A DNA stretch of 64,000 nt from Vicinamibacteria bacterium (lineage in GTDB: Bacteria; Acidobacteriota; Vicinamibacteria; Marinacidobacterales; Marinacidobacteraceae): the NCBI GenBank assembly GCA_963668695.2, contig CAXXLQ010000004.1:768001-832000 (forward strand), read 5' to 3'. The translations under genes were made by a program, and so were the position numbers. Under the pieces are notes generated by a model. That model searched no databases. It saw nothing but the letters and a program-made list of their open reading frames with translations, and was not told the origin of the DNA. Every line of letters starts with the position of its first letter. Position 1 is the first letter of the stretch. Shown here piece by piece: positions 11,835 to 21,075 of the stretch.

Positions 11835-14693
11835 TCAGAACAGGATCTTCGCGGTGAAGCGGATGATCCGCGGAGTGAGTCGCCGCGTCGGGGACAGGTA
11901 GCGCGACCCGAAACTCGTGTTCAAGCTCAGCGCCGGCTGCGTGTTGAAAATGTTCGCCGCATCCACGCCAACCTCGAAGCGAGCCTCGCCGACATTCACC
12001 ATCTTGCGGACGTTGAAGTCCAAGAGCTGGCTGACGGCCTCGGTGCGCTCTTCGCCGCGCTCGTAGGCGTAAATGGATTCGGAACCCTGCACTAGCCCGG
12101 TCGCCCGTGCGGTCGCGACCAGCGGGTTGCCCGCCCGGGCGCGGTAGTTCCAGCCGAGCTGGATGTCCCAGGGAGCCTGATAGCTGCCGGCGAAGTTCAC
12201 GACCCAGGGCAGGTCGGTCAGGATCGAACCGTTCTCGCGGTTGATCAGACGGTTCGGGTTGTTCCAGTCGGTGCCGTCCCGCGGCGGGCTATGCACGACG
12301 CCCTTGTGGCTCGAGAAGGTCGCGCCGCCGAGGATCTGCCAGCGGTTCGAGAGCCGCTTCTGGAGCTGGAAGGCGACCCCGTTGTAGTCGCTCTTCAGGA
12401 TGTCGAGGCTCGTGACGACGCTCTGCTGAAGGCCGCGGTACTCCTCCTTGAGTTCGTAGGCGGTGTACGACGGCTCCGGGCAGTTGTTACACGAGAAGGA
12501 GATCTGGTCGTAGGCGGAAGGAGGACGCGCCTGGTTCAGCCTTCCGAGCGAATCCCGGTGCTGGCGACGGTGGTAGGTCGCGCTGAACGAGACGTCGGTG
12601 CCGAGGGTCATGTCGACACCGAGCGAGATGTCGTCGCTGTAGGGACGGTTCGCGTCGGGGTCATACACGGTGCTCGCGCCACCGGTGAAGCCGGTGAACC
12701 GGGAGAGATCGAGTTCGGGGCTATCCGCGAGAGTGCCCGACGGCCCGATGTCCACCAGCTTGTCGCCGTCGAGGTCGTTCCAACCGACGTTCGCAGAAGA
12801 GCCAGCGTTCGGGTTCGCGCTTCCCGAGAGGGCGCTGCCCGTCTGAGTGTAGTAGCGGCCCCAACCGCCCTTCAGCGCGGCGCGCCCGTCCCCGAACAGG
12901 TCGTAAGCGAAGCTGAGTCGCGGACCGATGTTCATCGGCCAGTCGGGAAGACCGCCGATCTCCGAGGTCACCTCGAAGACGGCGTCGGAGAGTTGCTCCG
13001 AAAGCGCGGCCCAGGTTCCTGCAGGGCTGCTCTGAACTGGGACATAGCCATAAATGCCGTCCAAACGGACGCCGATGTTCAACGTGAGGCGGTTGCCCAT
13101 GGTCCAGGCGTCCTGCGCATAGAACGCCCAGGTGTTCAGCCGCTCGTGAGATGTCTTGGGGGTCCGCGAAATGTTGATCTGATCCGGGACACCGTCTTCC
13201 AGGATGCCGTAGGCGTCGCCACTCTTGAACTGGCGGCTCTCGATGAATTCCCGGGATGCCTGGCCACCAAACTTGAAGTTGTGCGAACCGCTTTCAGTGT
13301 CGAGGAAGTAGGTGAGCGAACCGTTGAACTGGTTCCGGTGGTTGGGGCCCCAGGACTCACCGCGCCGGTCGGCGTTGAACATTTCCTGCCTGACCGGATC
13401 AACCACCGAAATGTCGTTCTCGGTACAGGGGCCGGCATCCGGATACTCGTCCACCGGAATGCCGCAGTACTCCGTGTAGAGGATGTAGGGAGTCACGCCC
13501 ACCATGCGGCCGAAACGGAGGTCGAGAAGCGCCGCGTCGCCGAGCACCCGGTTATAGGAAGCGATGTAGTTGTCGGCCCACTGGTCCTGGTAGCGGGCGA
13601 GTTCGTCCGGCACGGCCCGGTAGGGATTGTCGCGCCGGTGGTAGCGGTCCTTCCAGTTACGCTGGAGCGTTACCGAAAGCCGGTCGTTATCGCTGGCCTG
13701 CATGGTGAACTTCCCGCTCAGGTTGCGGATCCGGTTGTCGTCAATCGGCTGCGGCCCGACATAGTCGGCGGGAACGCTGACCTCCTGTTCGTGGACCCAG
13801 TCGCGGTAAGCGGTGAAGAACCACACCTTGTCGCGGACGATGGGCCCGCCGAGGGTTCCGTTGAGGTCGATGGCCTTCGTGATCGGGTTGGCGCCTGGTT
13901 CCTGGGCCTCGCCTTGAAGGCTCGTGGCGTTGTAGAGCGCGATCGCATCGCCCGAGAACTCGTTTCCGCCCGTCTTCACCACCATGTTCATCAGCACGCC
14001 GCCGGTGTCGGATTCCGCCGTATGGGTCGAGGTCTGGAAGTTGAACTCCTCATACATCGAGAAGCCGTAGTACTGCATCGTCCAGCCGCCATCGCCGCCG
14101 GGCCAATTCACCTTGAGCCCATCCACCTGGAAGCTCTGCATGCTCGCGGAGGAGCCGAAGATCTCCATGCTGTACTGCTGCATGCCGTTGCTGCCGCCAA
14201 CATCCAGTTGGCCGGTCACCATGCCCGGAGCGAGTCCAGCCATGACCCACGGGTTCCGCCCGGTGGGGACCGCTTCGAGGAGTTCCCGCTCGATGTTCGT
14301 CTGCACGGTGGCGCTACGGACATCCACGACGGGGGCATCGCCGGTGACCGTCACGGTCTCTTCGACCCCTGAGATCCCCATGGACGCGTTCACCTGGAGA
14401 GTTCGGGCGACACTCACCCGGACACCTTCCTGGACGAGGGTCTGGAAGCCCGAGAGGGCAAAGCTGACGGTGTATGCGCCAGGCGGGAGGGCCGGATGGC
14501 TGTACGAGCCGCCCGCACCGGTGGTGGTGCTGCGGGGCGTGATCAGCGCGGCGCTCTCGACGGTAACCGTCACGCCGGGGAGCACTGCCCCCTGTTCATC
14601 GGTCGCCGTCCCGGTAATCGTCCCGGCCTGCTGGGCAAACGCCGGGGCGACCGCAAGCAGCGCGAGCGCGACCAGAATTGCGGTCTTACGCAT
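11835..14693 (-). CDS. TonB-dependent receptor, Oar-like, with carboxypeptidase-regulatory N-terminal domain (paralogue 1)
   Basis: Signal peptide, GTITGTATDEQGAVLPGVTVTV, ETVTVTG, LGGPIVRDKVWFF, QDAWT..RLTLNIGVR, C-terminal F. Confidence 0.93.
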   Translation of the reverse strand: MRKTAILVALALLAVAPAFAQQAGTITGTATDEQGAVLPGVTVTVESAALITPRSTTTGAGGSYSHPALPPGAYTVSFALSGFQTLVQEGVRVSVARTLQVNASMGISGVEETVTVTGDAPVVDVRSATVQTNIERELLEAVPTGRNPWVMAGLAPGMVTGQLDVGGSNGMQQYSMEIFGSSASMQSFQVDGLKVNWPGGDGGWTMQYYGFSMYEEFNFQTSTHTAESDTGGVLMNMVVKTGGNEFSGDAIALYNATSLQGEAQEPGANPITKAIDLNGTLGGPIVRDKVWFFTAYRDWVHEQEVSVPADYVGPQPIDDNRIRNLSGKFTMQASDNDRLSVTLQRNWKDRYHRRDNPYRAVPDELARYQDQWADNYIASYNRVLGDAALLDLRFGRMVGVTPYILYTEYCGIPVDEYPDAGPCTENDISVVDPVRQEMFNADRRGESWGPNHRNQFNGSLTYFLDTESGSHNFKFGGQASREFIESRQFKSGDAYGILEDGVPDQINISRTPKTSHERLNTWAFYAQDAWTMGNRLTLNIGVRLDGIYGYVPVQSSPAGTWAALSEQLSDAVFEVTSEIGGLPDWPMNIGPRLSFAYDLFGDGRAALKGGWGRYYTQTGSALSGSANPNAGSSANVGWNDLDGDKLVDIGPSGTLADSPELDLSRFTGFTGGASTVYDPDANRPYSDDISLGVDMTLGTDVSFSATYHRRQHRDSLGRLNQARPPSAYDQISFSCNNCPEPSYTAYELKEEYRGLQQSVVTSLDILKSDYNGVAFQLQKRLSNRWQILGGATFSSHKGVVHSPPRDGTDWNNPNRLINRENGSILTDLPWVVNFAGSYQAPWDIQLGWNYRARAGNPLVATARATGLVQGSESIYAYERGEERTEAVSQLLDFNVRKMVNVGEARFEVGVDAANIFNTQPALSLNTSFGSRYLSPTRRLTPRIIRFTAKILF

Positions 14694-14879
14694 GGAGAAT
14701 CTCCTCACGAGGCGGAATCTGAAAACCGGGACCGGGCAGCAATAGGTCGCTGCACCGGGCAGAATGCACGGTATTCGAATGCCGCCGCCCCGTGAGGGCA
14801 CACTCGATTCGCGCAGTTGGCCGGAAAACGGTAGAAAACAAGGTCGGACACGATATCACGCAAGAGCCATTCCCTGCCA
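14694..14879 (-). promoter_or_regulatory. Structured 5' leader and promoter motif of TonB receptor 1 (candidate cis-regulatory RNA)
   Basis: CCUCACGGGGCGG (14785-14797) pairs with CCGCCUCGUGAGG (14703-14715) over the SD; homologous to 19368-19526. Confidence 0.55.
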
Positions 14880-14935
14880 TCAGTCTGATCGGGACACATC
14901 GAACGGACGGGTAACGATTTGTCTTTCAATGACTT

Positions 14936-16282
14936 ATGAGATCGCTGGCCAGAGCTCCCGGTGAACGCCGGTTCGGATTTCCGGTTTTTCGAACGAGAAG
15001 TCCAAGAAGTCGTAGTTTTTTGGGCCTCGCAGCCGCTTTCTTCGGCGCGGCGCTCTTCGTACCGAGGCCGGCGCCAGGGCAGCCAGCGATCGAGGCGCGA
15101 CAGCGCCTGGCGGAGGGACGGTCCTTCGAAGTCCTGGATTCGCTCGTCGCCACCCTGGAGGCCGAGCCGGAATCGGCCGAGGGTCAGCAGTTGTTATGGA
15201 CGCTCGCCCGTGGCGCGACGCCCAGTCCGGCACTCATGTCCGCACTCGTCGCCAGGGCGGGGCGGCTCGGGCCCGACGGTTGGCTGGCAGCCGGGGTGCT
15301 TCTCCGGCGCGGCCTCCGCCCGCTGGATGCGCTGGAGGCGTTCGACCGGGGTGCGAGTGCTCGCCCCCCCGGGGATCCATTGGCAGACATCGAGGCGGGC
15401 CGACTGCTGGCCGAGCTGCGGTCCGACGAACTCGCCCTGGCCCGGTTCGGACGCCACCCCGAGGACCCGGCGGCGATGTACGGCCGGGCCGTGATCCTGG
15501 CCCGGACCAAACGTACCGGCGAAGCAACCGCGCTGACCGACGCCCTTTTGCGCGCGGACCCGGACAATCCGGCCGCCCTTCTGCTGCGGGCCGAATTGCT
15601 TGACAGCGTGGGTCGAGGGAGCGAGACGTTGGGGATGCTTCGCCGGCTCGCGGCGGAGACCGGCCCCACCGGACCCGCCGCCTCGCGGTTGGCCCGGATT
15701 CTGGTAAAGCTCGGGCAGTCCGAGGAGGCGCTGCCGCACCTGGAAGCGATCCTCGCGGCTACCCCCCAAAATGCCGAGGCCTGGCTCGCACTGGCCCGGA
15801 CGCACCAGGACGCCGGACGGCGCGAGGAAGCTGCCGAAGCTTTCCGCCGGGCGCTGGCGGCGGACGACGCGCTCAACACGGCGCGCTTCGGCCTCGCCCA
15901 GCTACTGGTCCGGACTGGGGGACGGGAAGAAGCGAATCGGCTGTTCGCCGAGTTCGAGCGCCGAAAGGCGATGGACGACGAGGCCGCGCGGCTGCTCGGC
16001 GAAGCCGAGTTGCGGCCCGACGATTTCACCGCGGTGGCCGCGTTCGTGAACCACGCTGTCAGGAACGGTGACCTCGTGCTGGCTCTGCGGGCCGCCCAGC
16101 GGTTCCTGATCGAGTTCCCGGAGGACCCGGAGCGTCATCTGCTGGTGGCCCGGGTGTTCCGGGAGGGAGGCAGCCGCGCGAATGCGGAACGGGTGCTCCG
16201 GCGGGGGTTGGAGCGGTTCGCGGGGGATGAGGAAGCGGAGCGGCGGTTCGAGGCCGGGCTGCGGGCGATCGGGGTTCGGTAG
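14936..16282 (+). CDS. Tetratricopeptide-repeat protein, probably exported (start uncertain)
   Basis: Repeated TPR-like units, e.g. AEAWLALARTHQDAGRREEAAEAFRRALAAD; hydrophobic N-terminal segment. Confidence 0.8.
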   Translation: MRSLARAPGERRFGFPVFRTRSPRSRSFLGLAAAFFGAALFVPRPAPGQPAIEARQRLAEGRSFEVLDSLVATLEAEPESAEGQQLLWTLARGATPSPALMSALVARAGRLGPDGWLAAGVLLRRGLRPLDALEAFDRGASARPPGDPLADIEAGRLLAELRSDELALARFGRHPEDPAAMYGRAVILARTKRTGEATALTDALLRADPDNPAALLLRAELLDSVGRGSETLGMLRRLAAETGPTGPAASRLARILVKLGQSEEALPHLEAILAATPQNAEAWLALARTHQDAGRREEAAEAFRRALAADDALNTARFGLAQLLVRTGGREEANRLFAEFERRKAMDDEAARLLGEAELRPDDFTAVAAFVNHAVRNGDLVLALRAAQRFLIEFPEDPERHLLVARVFREGGSRANAERVLRRGLERFAGDEEAERRFEAGLRAIGVR

Positions 16283-16449
16283 CTGGTCTCACACACCGCG
16301 TGTCAGTTGACGCCTGGATGTCCGGGGTTCGGGGAGGAATCGGAACAGTTGGCGCCTTCTCCCGGTCCGCGCCTCACGCAGGGGAATTCCGGCGGGGGTC
16401 CGAATCTGGCGTTCCCACTCTCTGGGGAGGCTGTCCGGTTGTGGCGACG

Positions 16450-16487
16450 TCCCAGCCGGCGGGCGCTGGAGCGCCTGCCGGCTGGGA
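16450..16487. terminator. Long GC hairpin between convergent genes
   Basis: 17-bp stem TCCCAGCCGGCGGGCGC/GCGCCTGCCGGCTGGGA just after the receptor 2 stop; no U tract. Confidence 0.5.
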
Positions 16488-16496
16488 GGCGGATGA

Positions 16497-19367
16497 TCAG
16501 AACATCAGCTTTGCCGACAACCGCACGACGCGGGGGTTCAGGCGGCGGGTCGCCGAAAGGAACCGAGAGCCCAGGGTGGAGTTCACCGCGCGGGCCGGCT
16601 GGCTGTTGAACAGGTTGGCGCCATCCACGCTGAGTTCCATGCGGGACCCGCCGAGATCGAAAGTCTTCGCGAGGCTCAGGTCGAGGAGCTTGGTCACCGA
16701 CTCGGTCCGGTTCGTCCCCCGCTCCTCGGCGTAGATGGTCTGGGTGCCCTGGACGAGCCCTCGGTAACGCACGGAGGGAACGATCGGATCGCCTGCCCGC
16801 GCCCGGTAGTTCCAGGCGAGCTGGATGTCACGCGGGAACAGGTAGCTGCCCGCCAAGTTGACGACCCACGGGACATCGGAGAAGACCGAACCGTTCAGAC
16901 GATTCGTGTGCGAATTCGGGTTGTTCCAGTCGAGGTTGCGGGTGTACGGAGTGTCGTGCACGGTGCCCTTGTGGCTCGACACCGTGAGGCCGCCGAGCAT
17001 CTGCCAGCGGTTCGAAAACCGTTTCTGCAACTGGAAAGCGGCGCCGTTGTAGGTGCTCCTCTGAATGTCCACGGTGGTGATCACGGTCTCCTGGAGGCCC
17101 CGGTAATCCTCCTTCAGCACATAGACGGGATAACTGGACTGCGGGCTGCCGGCGGGCGCCTCCATCGTGACCTGGTCGTAGGCGGAAGGCGGGCGCGCCT
17201 CATTTCGTTCGCCGAGCGCGTCCCGATGCAGCCGGCGATGGAAGGTGGCGCTGAACGAGACATCCCGTCCGAGCGTCATATCCAGACCGATCGAGGCATC
17301 GTCGCTATACGGGCGGTTCGCATTCCGGTCGTACACCGTGGAAGCGCCGCCGGTGAAACCTTCGAACCGGCTCAGGTCGAGTTCGGGACTGTCGAGCAGC
17401 GTGCCGGAGGGCCCGATATCAACCAGCTTGTCCCCGTCCAGATCGTTCCAGCCCACCCAGGCGCCCGAACTGCCGTTCGGATTGGCGGCATCGGAAAGCC
17501 GCGTGCCGATCTGCGTGTAGTAGCGGCCCCAGCCTCCCTTGAGCGCGGCGCGTCCGTCACCGAAGAGGTCGTAGGCGATGCTCAACCGCGGCCCGATGTT
17601 CATCGGCCAGTCCGGGACTCCCCGGATCTCGGAATCCACCGCAAAGATGTCCATTCCGCCGCTCAACTGGCGGGAGAGCGCTCCCCAGGTTCCGTCCGGG
17701 CTGCTCTGCACCGGCACATAGCCGTGGATGCCGTCGAGGCGGATGCCGAAGTTCAGCGTCAGACGGTTGCCGATGGTCCAGGCGTCCTGCGCGTAGGCGG
17801 CCCAGGTATTGGTGCGCGTGGCCTCGGTTCGCGGAAGCTTGTTGATCCGGATCCGGTTGGGAACGCCGTCGTCGAGTTCGCCGTAGGCATCGCCGCTCTG
17901 GAAGACCTGTCGGTCCATGCCTTCGCGGGACGCCTGCGCGCCGACCTTGATGTTGTGGGAGCCGCCGGCGGTGTCGCGGAAGTAGGTCAGCGAGCCGTCG
18001 AACTGGTTCCGGTAGTTCGGGTTCCAGTACTCACCCCGCCGGTCGGCATTGAACTGGTCCAGCCGGACGGGATCAATCACCGAAATATCGTTCTCGGTGC
18101 ACGGCCCGGCGTCCGGATACTGCTCCACGGGAGTCCCGCAATACTCGGTGTAGAGGATGTAGGGGGTCGTGCCCCACATGCGGCCGAAGCGGACATCGAA
18201 AAGCGCCGCGTCTCCGAGCACCCGGTTGTAGCTTGCCACGAAGTTGTTCGCGGCCTGATCCTGGAACCGCGCCTGCTCGTCGGGAACCGCGGTGTACGGG
18301 TTGTCGCGGCGATGGAACCGCTGTTTCCAGTTGCGCTGCGCCATGATGGCCAGCCGGTCGTTGTCGGACGCCTGCCAGGTGATCTTGCCCATCAGGTTGC
18401 GGATGCGGTTGTCGTCGAGCGGGACGGCGCCTTCGAAATCCTCGGGAGTGCCGATGAACTGGTCGTGGATCCAGTGCCGATAGGCCCCGAAGAACCAGGC
18501 TTTTTCACGGACCACCGGACCGCCCAGGGTGCCGTTGATGTCAATGCTCCTCTTGATCGGGTTCGCGCCCTGCTCTGCGGCCTCGCCCTGCAGCGACTCG
18601 TTGGAGTAGAGACCCACGACATCGCCGCTGAATTCATTGCCACCCGACTTGGTGACCATGTTCATGTACACGCCGGCGACATCGGATTCGGCGGAGTGCG
18701 TCGAGGTCTGGAAGTTGAACTCCTCGTACATGGCGAAGCCGTAGTACTGCATGGTGGAACCGCCGTGGCCGCCCGGCCAGTTCACCTTCAGTCCGTCCAC
18801 CCGAAAACTCTTCTGCGACGGCGCGGAGCCGAAGATTTCCAGGTTGTACTGCTGCATCCCGTTGCTGCCGCCCACATCGAGCCGGCTGGTTACCATGCCC
18901 GGAACCATTCCGGCCATGACCCACGGATTGCGGCCGGTGGGGACCGCCTCCAGGAGTTCCCGTTCGATGTTCGTGGAGATGGTCGCGCTCCGGACATCCA
19001 CCACCGGCGCGTCGCCGGTCACGGTGATCGTCTCCTCGACGCCTGAGATGCCCAGGGTGCCGTTCACGGTCAGGGTTCGGGCCACCGTGACCCGGACGCC
19101 TTCTTGTACGACCGTCTGGAACCCGGAGAGCGCGAAGGTGACCGAGTAGTCGCCCGGGGGCAGGTTTGTGAAGTTGTAGGCGCCGCCGGGGCCGGTCACC
19201 GCGGTGCGGGCGGTGATCAGCGCCGGGCTTTCGACGGTGACGCCGACGCCGGGGAGCACCGCTCCCTGCTGGTCGAACGCCGAACCGCCGATGGTGCCGG
19301 TCTGCTGGGGAAACGCCGGAGCGGCCGCGAGCAACGCGACGGCCACCAGAAGTGCGGTCTTGCGCAT
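16497..19367 (-). CDS. TonB-dependent receptor, Oar-like (paralogue 2)
   Basis: Colinear and highly similar to 11835-14693; C-terminal F. Confidence 0.93.
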   Translation of the reverse strand: MRKTALLVAVALLAAAPAFPQQTGTIGGSAFDQQGAVLPGVGVTVESPALITARTAVTGPGGAYNFTNLPPGDYSVTFALSGFQTVVQEGVRVTVARTLTVNGTLGISGVEETITVTGDAPVVDVRSATISTNIERELLEAVPTGRNPWVMAGMVPGMVTSRLDVGGSNGMQQYNLEIFGSAPSQKSFRVDGLKVNWPGGHGGSTMQYYGFAMYEEFNFQTSTHSAESDVAGVYMNMVTKSGGNEFSGDVVGLYSNESLQGEAAEQGANPIKRSIDINGTLGGPVVREKAWFFGAYRHWIHDQFIGTPEDFEGAVPLDDNRIRNLMGKITWQASDNDRLAIMAQRNWKQRFHRRDNPYTAVPDEQARFQDQAANNFVASYNRVLGDAALFDVRFGRMWGTTPYILYTEYCGTPVEQYPDAGPCTENDISVIDPVRLDQFNADRRGEYWNPNYRNQFDGSLTYFRDTAGGSHNIKVGAQASREGMDRQVFQSGDAYGELDDGVPNRIRINKLPRTEATRTNTWAAYAQDAWTIGNRLTLNFGIRLDGIHGYVPVQSSPDGTWGALSRQLSGGMDIFAVDSEIRGVPDWPMNIGPRLSIAYDLFGDGRAALKGGWGRYYTQIGTRLSDAANPNGSSGAWVGWNDLDGDKLVDIGPSGTLLDSPELDLSRFEGFTGGASTVYDRNANRPYSDDASIGLDMTLGRDVSFSATFHRRLHRDALGERNEARPPSAYDQVTMEAPAGSPQSSYPVYVLKEDYRGLQETVITTVDIQRSTYNGAAFQLQKRFSNRWQMLGGLTVSSHKGTVHDTPYTRNLDWNNPNSHTNRLNGSVFSDVPWVVNLAGSYLFPRDIQLAWNYRARAGDPIVPSVRYRGLVQGTQTIYAEERGTNRTESVTKLLDLSLAKTFDLGGSRMELSVDGANLFNSQPARAVNSTLGSRFLSATRRLNPRVVRLSAKLMF

Positions 19368-19526
19368 GTGAAGAATCTCCTCACGAGGCTACTTCGGGAA
19401 CCGATGCCGGAGCGGTCCTCGCCGCACCGGAAGAGAATGCGCGATGACCGAGCGCCGCCGCCCCGTGAGGGCGCGTCCGGGGCGCGCAATCAGTGCGGTA
19501 TATCACAAGAGGGGCATACTCTGCCA
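19368..19526 (-). promoter_or_regulatory. Structured 5' leader and promoter motif of TonB receptor 2
   Basis: CCUCACGGGGC (19460-19470) pairs with GCCUCGUGAGG (19379-19389); inner hairpins covary with leader 1. Confidence 0.55.
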
Positions 19527-19824
19527 GTACGGGAATGCAACGACCCCACATGTCACATAGAGGGTTATGTTTCAACGAGTGATGAGACACGGACACCGGG
19601 GCGCGCGCGACCTGTTCCTGGAAGGGATGTAGACCCGGCGCCGGATGCTCTCTTGAGTGACGCCATGCCGTCTTTTCGGGGGGTGTGCCGGTCCGGAGAC
19701 CGATGTTCCTCCTGGTCCGCCGGCGGGCCCCGGCCGGGAGAACTCTCCCCACCGTGGGGACTGTGGTGAAGTCGATCAGAGGTGGGCGGTCCCTGCCCGC
19801 AGCGCCAGTAGAAAGAGGCTCGGC

Positions 19825-20098
19825 CTACGCCGAGGCTCCGAACACGGCGCGGTGCAGCTCGGCATTGAGCCGCGTCTGCCAACCCGGGCCGCGGCTTCGG
19901 AAGTGATCCACTACATCCGCATCGAGCCGGATCGTCATCTGTCGCTTGGTGGGCGCCTTGCTTGCCGCGCGTACGGCGCCACCGCGTCACGAATCCGGGG
20001 AGAGCTTCGCTCGCTGGGCGCGTCCGCCGGCTCTCGGAGGCAGTAACCTCGGGAGCGTCGGGATCGGCCGCGATTCCCGCGTTGATCGCCACCTCCTC
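19825..20098 (-). pseudogene. BrnA-family antitoxin, frameshifted and 5'-truncated
   Basis: EEVAINAGIAADPDAPEV...RTRGKQ then a frame change to PTKRQMTIRLDADVVDHFRSRGPGWQTRLNAEL. Confidence 0.8.
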
Positions 20099-20259
20099 GC
20101 CTTACTTCGCGGCGAGTTCAGCGAACGTCCGGCCAGTTGAATCGCGGCGCTGTGAATCCGCCGGCATGGTTCCCGGGTGGGCCGTCGGGCCTTCGGCAAT
20201 CTCTGGCGTCCCGTCGCCCGCCGAAGTACGACCTCCGAAGAGCCGGCCCGGCTCTTTCT

Positions 20260-20640
20260 TTAGTGCGGCTTCCGCGCCGCGAACCGGGTTGGCACTGTTG
20301 GGGCCCCGGCGGGGTCCGGGACCGCGGCGTCACCGACATCGTCGGCGTCGGGGGCGCGGCCCATCAGGATGTTCTCGATCCGAACGAAACGATTCTCGAT
20401 CCGAACGAAACGATTCTCGATCTGGGCGAAGCGGTTATCGATCTGGGCGAAGCGGTTATCCATGCGGTTTTCGATCTGGACGAAGCGGCTGTTCATTTCG
20501 GTCTGCATGTTGTCCACCCGCGAGACGAGGGCGCTCACCGTCCCGGTCAACTCACCGACGTCGGCGATCCCCTTGGTGAGCAGGCCAAGCACGAAGACAA
20601 GGAGAACGGCACCGCCAATCCTTGTCCAAATGGTGAGCAT
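20260..20640 (-). CDS. Small membrane-anchored coiled-coil protein with heptad repeats
   Basis: N-terminal TM helix, then NRF(A/V)(Q/R)I(D/E) repeats encoded by 21-bp tandem units. Confidence 0.7.
   Translation of the reverse strand: MLTIWTRIGGAVLLVFVLGLLTKGIADVGELTGTVSALVSRVDNMQTEMNSRFVQIENRMDNRFAQIDNRFAQIENRFVRIENRFVRIENILMGRAPDADDVGDAAVPDPAGAPTVPTRFAARKPH
20371..20487. repeat. 21-bp coding tandem repeat (4 contiguous units, a 12-bp spacer, then a fifth unit)
   Basis: GTTCTCGATCCGAACGAAACG / ATTCTCGATCTGGGCGAAGCG and variants. Confidence 0.9.
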
Positions 20641-20730
20641 CTTTACCCTCCCGGCCGACCAAACACGGGAGAAATCCTCCCGTATGCGGCGGCTTTTGGC
20701 GCACTCCACGCGGGTCGGCGATGCGCGGTT

Positions 20731-21075
20731 TTCGCCCCGCTGCGCGCGGCGGTGCCGATCGGAGGTCGGCGTTCCAAGCCGTCCCCGCGCTTCTTCGCGG
20801 TCAGCGATGCGCGGTTTCGCCCCCTCCGGGGGCGGTGCCGACCGGAGGTCTATACCTTTCCGCACACCACTTTTCTGGGCCCTCCGGTGTAAGAGGCACC
20901 GAAGGGCCGGCGTTCCAAGCCGTCTCCGCGCTTCTTCGCGGTCAGCGGTACACGGTTTCGCCCCCTCTGGGGGCGGTGCCGGTCTGAAGACCGGCGTTCC
21001 CATGCCTGCGGAACCATGCCGCCCAGCGGCTTTCCGGCCTGAACTCCCGCCGGGAGGACTGGCCGGCGTTCCCCC
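20731..21075. repeat. BIME-like composite REP cluster
   Basis: About 74-bp direct repeats at 20767-20840 and 20908-20981, short REP GCCGGTCTGAAGACCGGCGTTCC, and a long-form variant near 21034-21073. Confidence 0.8.

Noticed and set aside
14694-14879. Cobalamin riboswitch or sigma54 promoter upstream of the TonB receptors
   Set aside because: CCGGTG..CCGG resembles a B12 stem, but the GGGAA and GCAACUG cores are missing; the GG-to-GC spacing is 9 and 8 nt rather than the 10 nt sigma54 requires.
20371-21075. Possible CRISPR array
   Set aside because: The 21-bp units are contiguous and coding; the REP units lack regular unique spacers; no cas genes are present.
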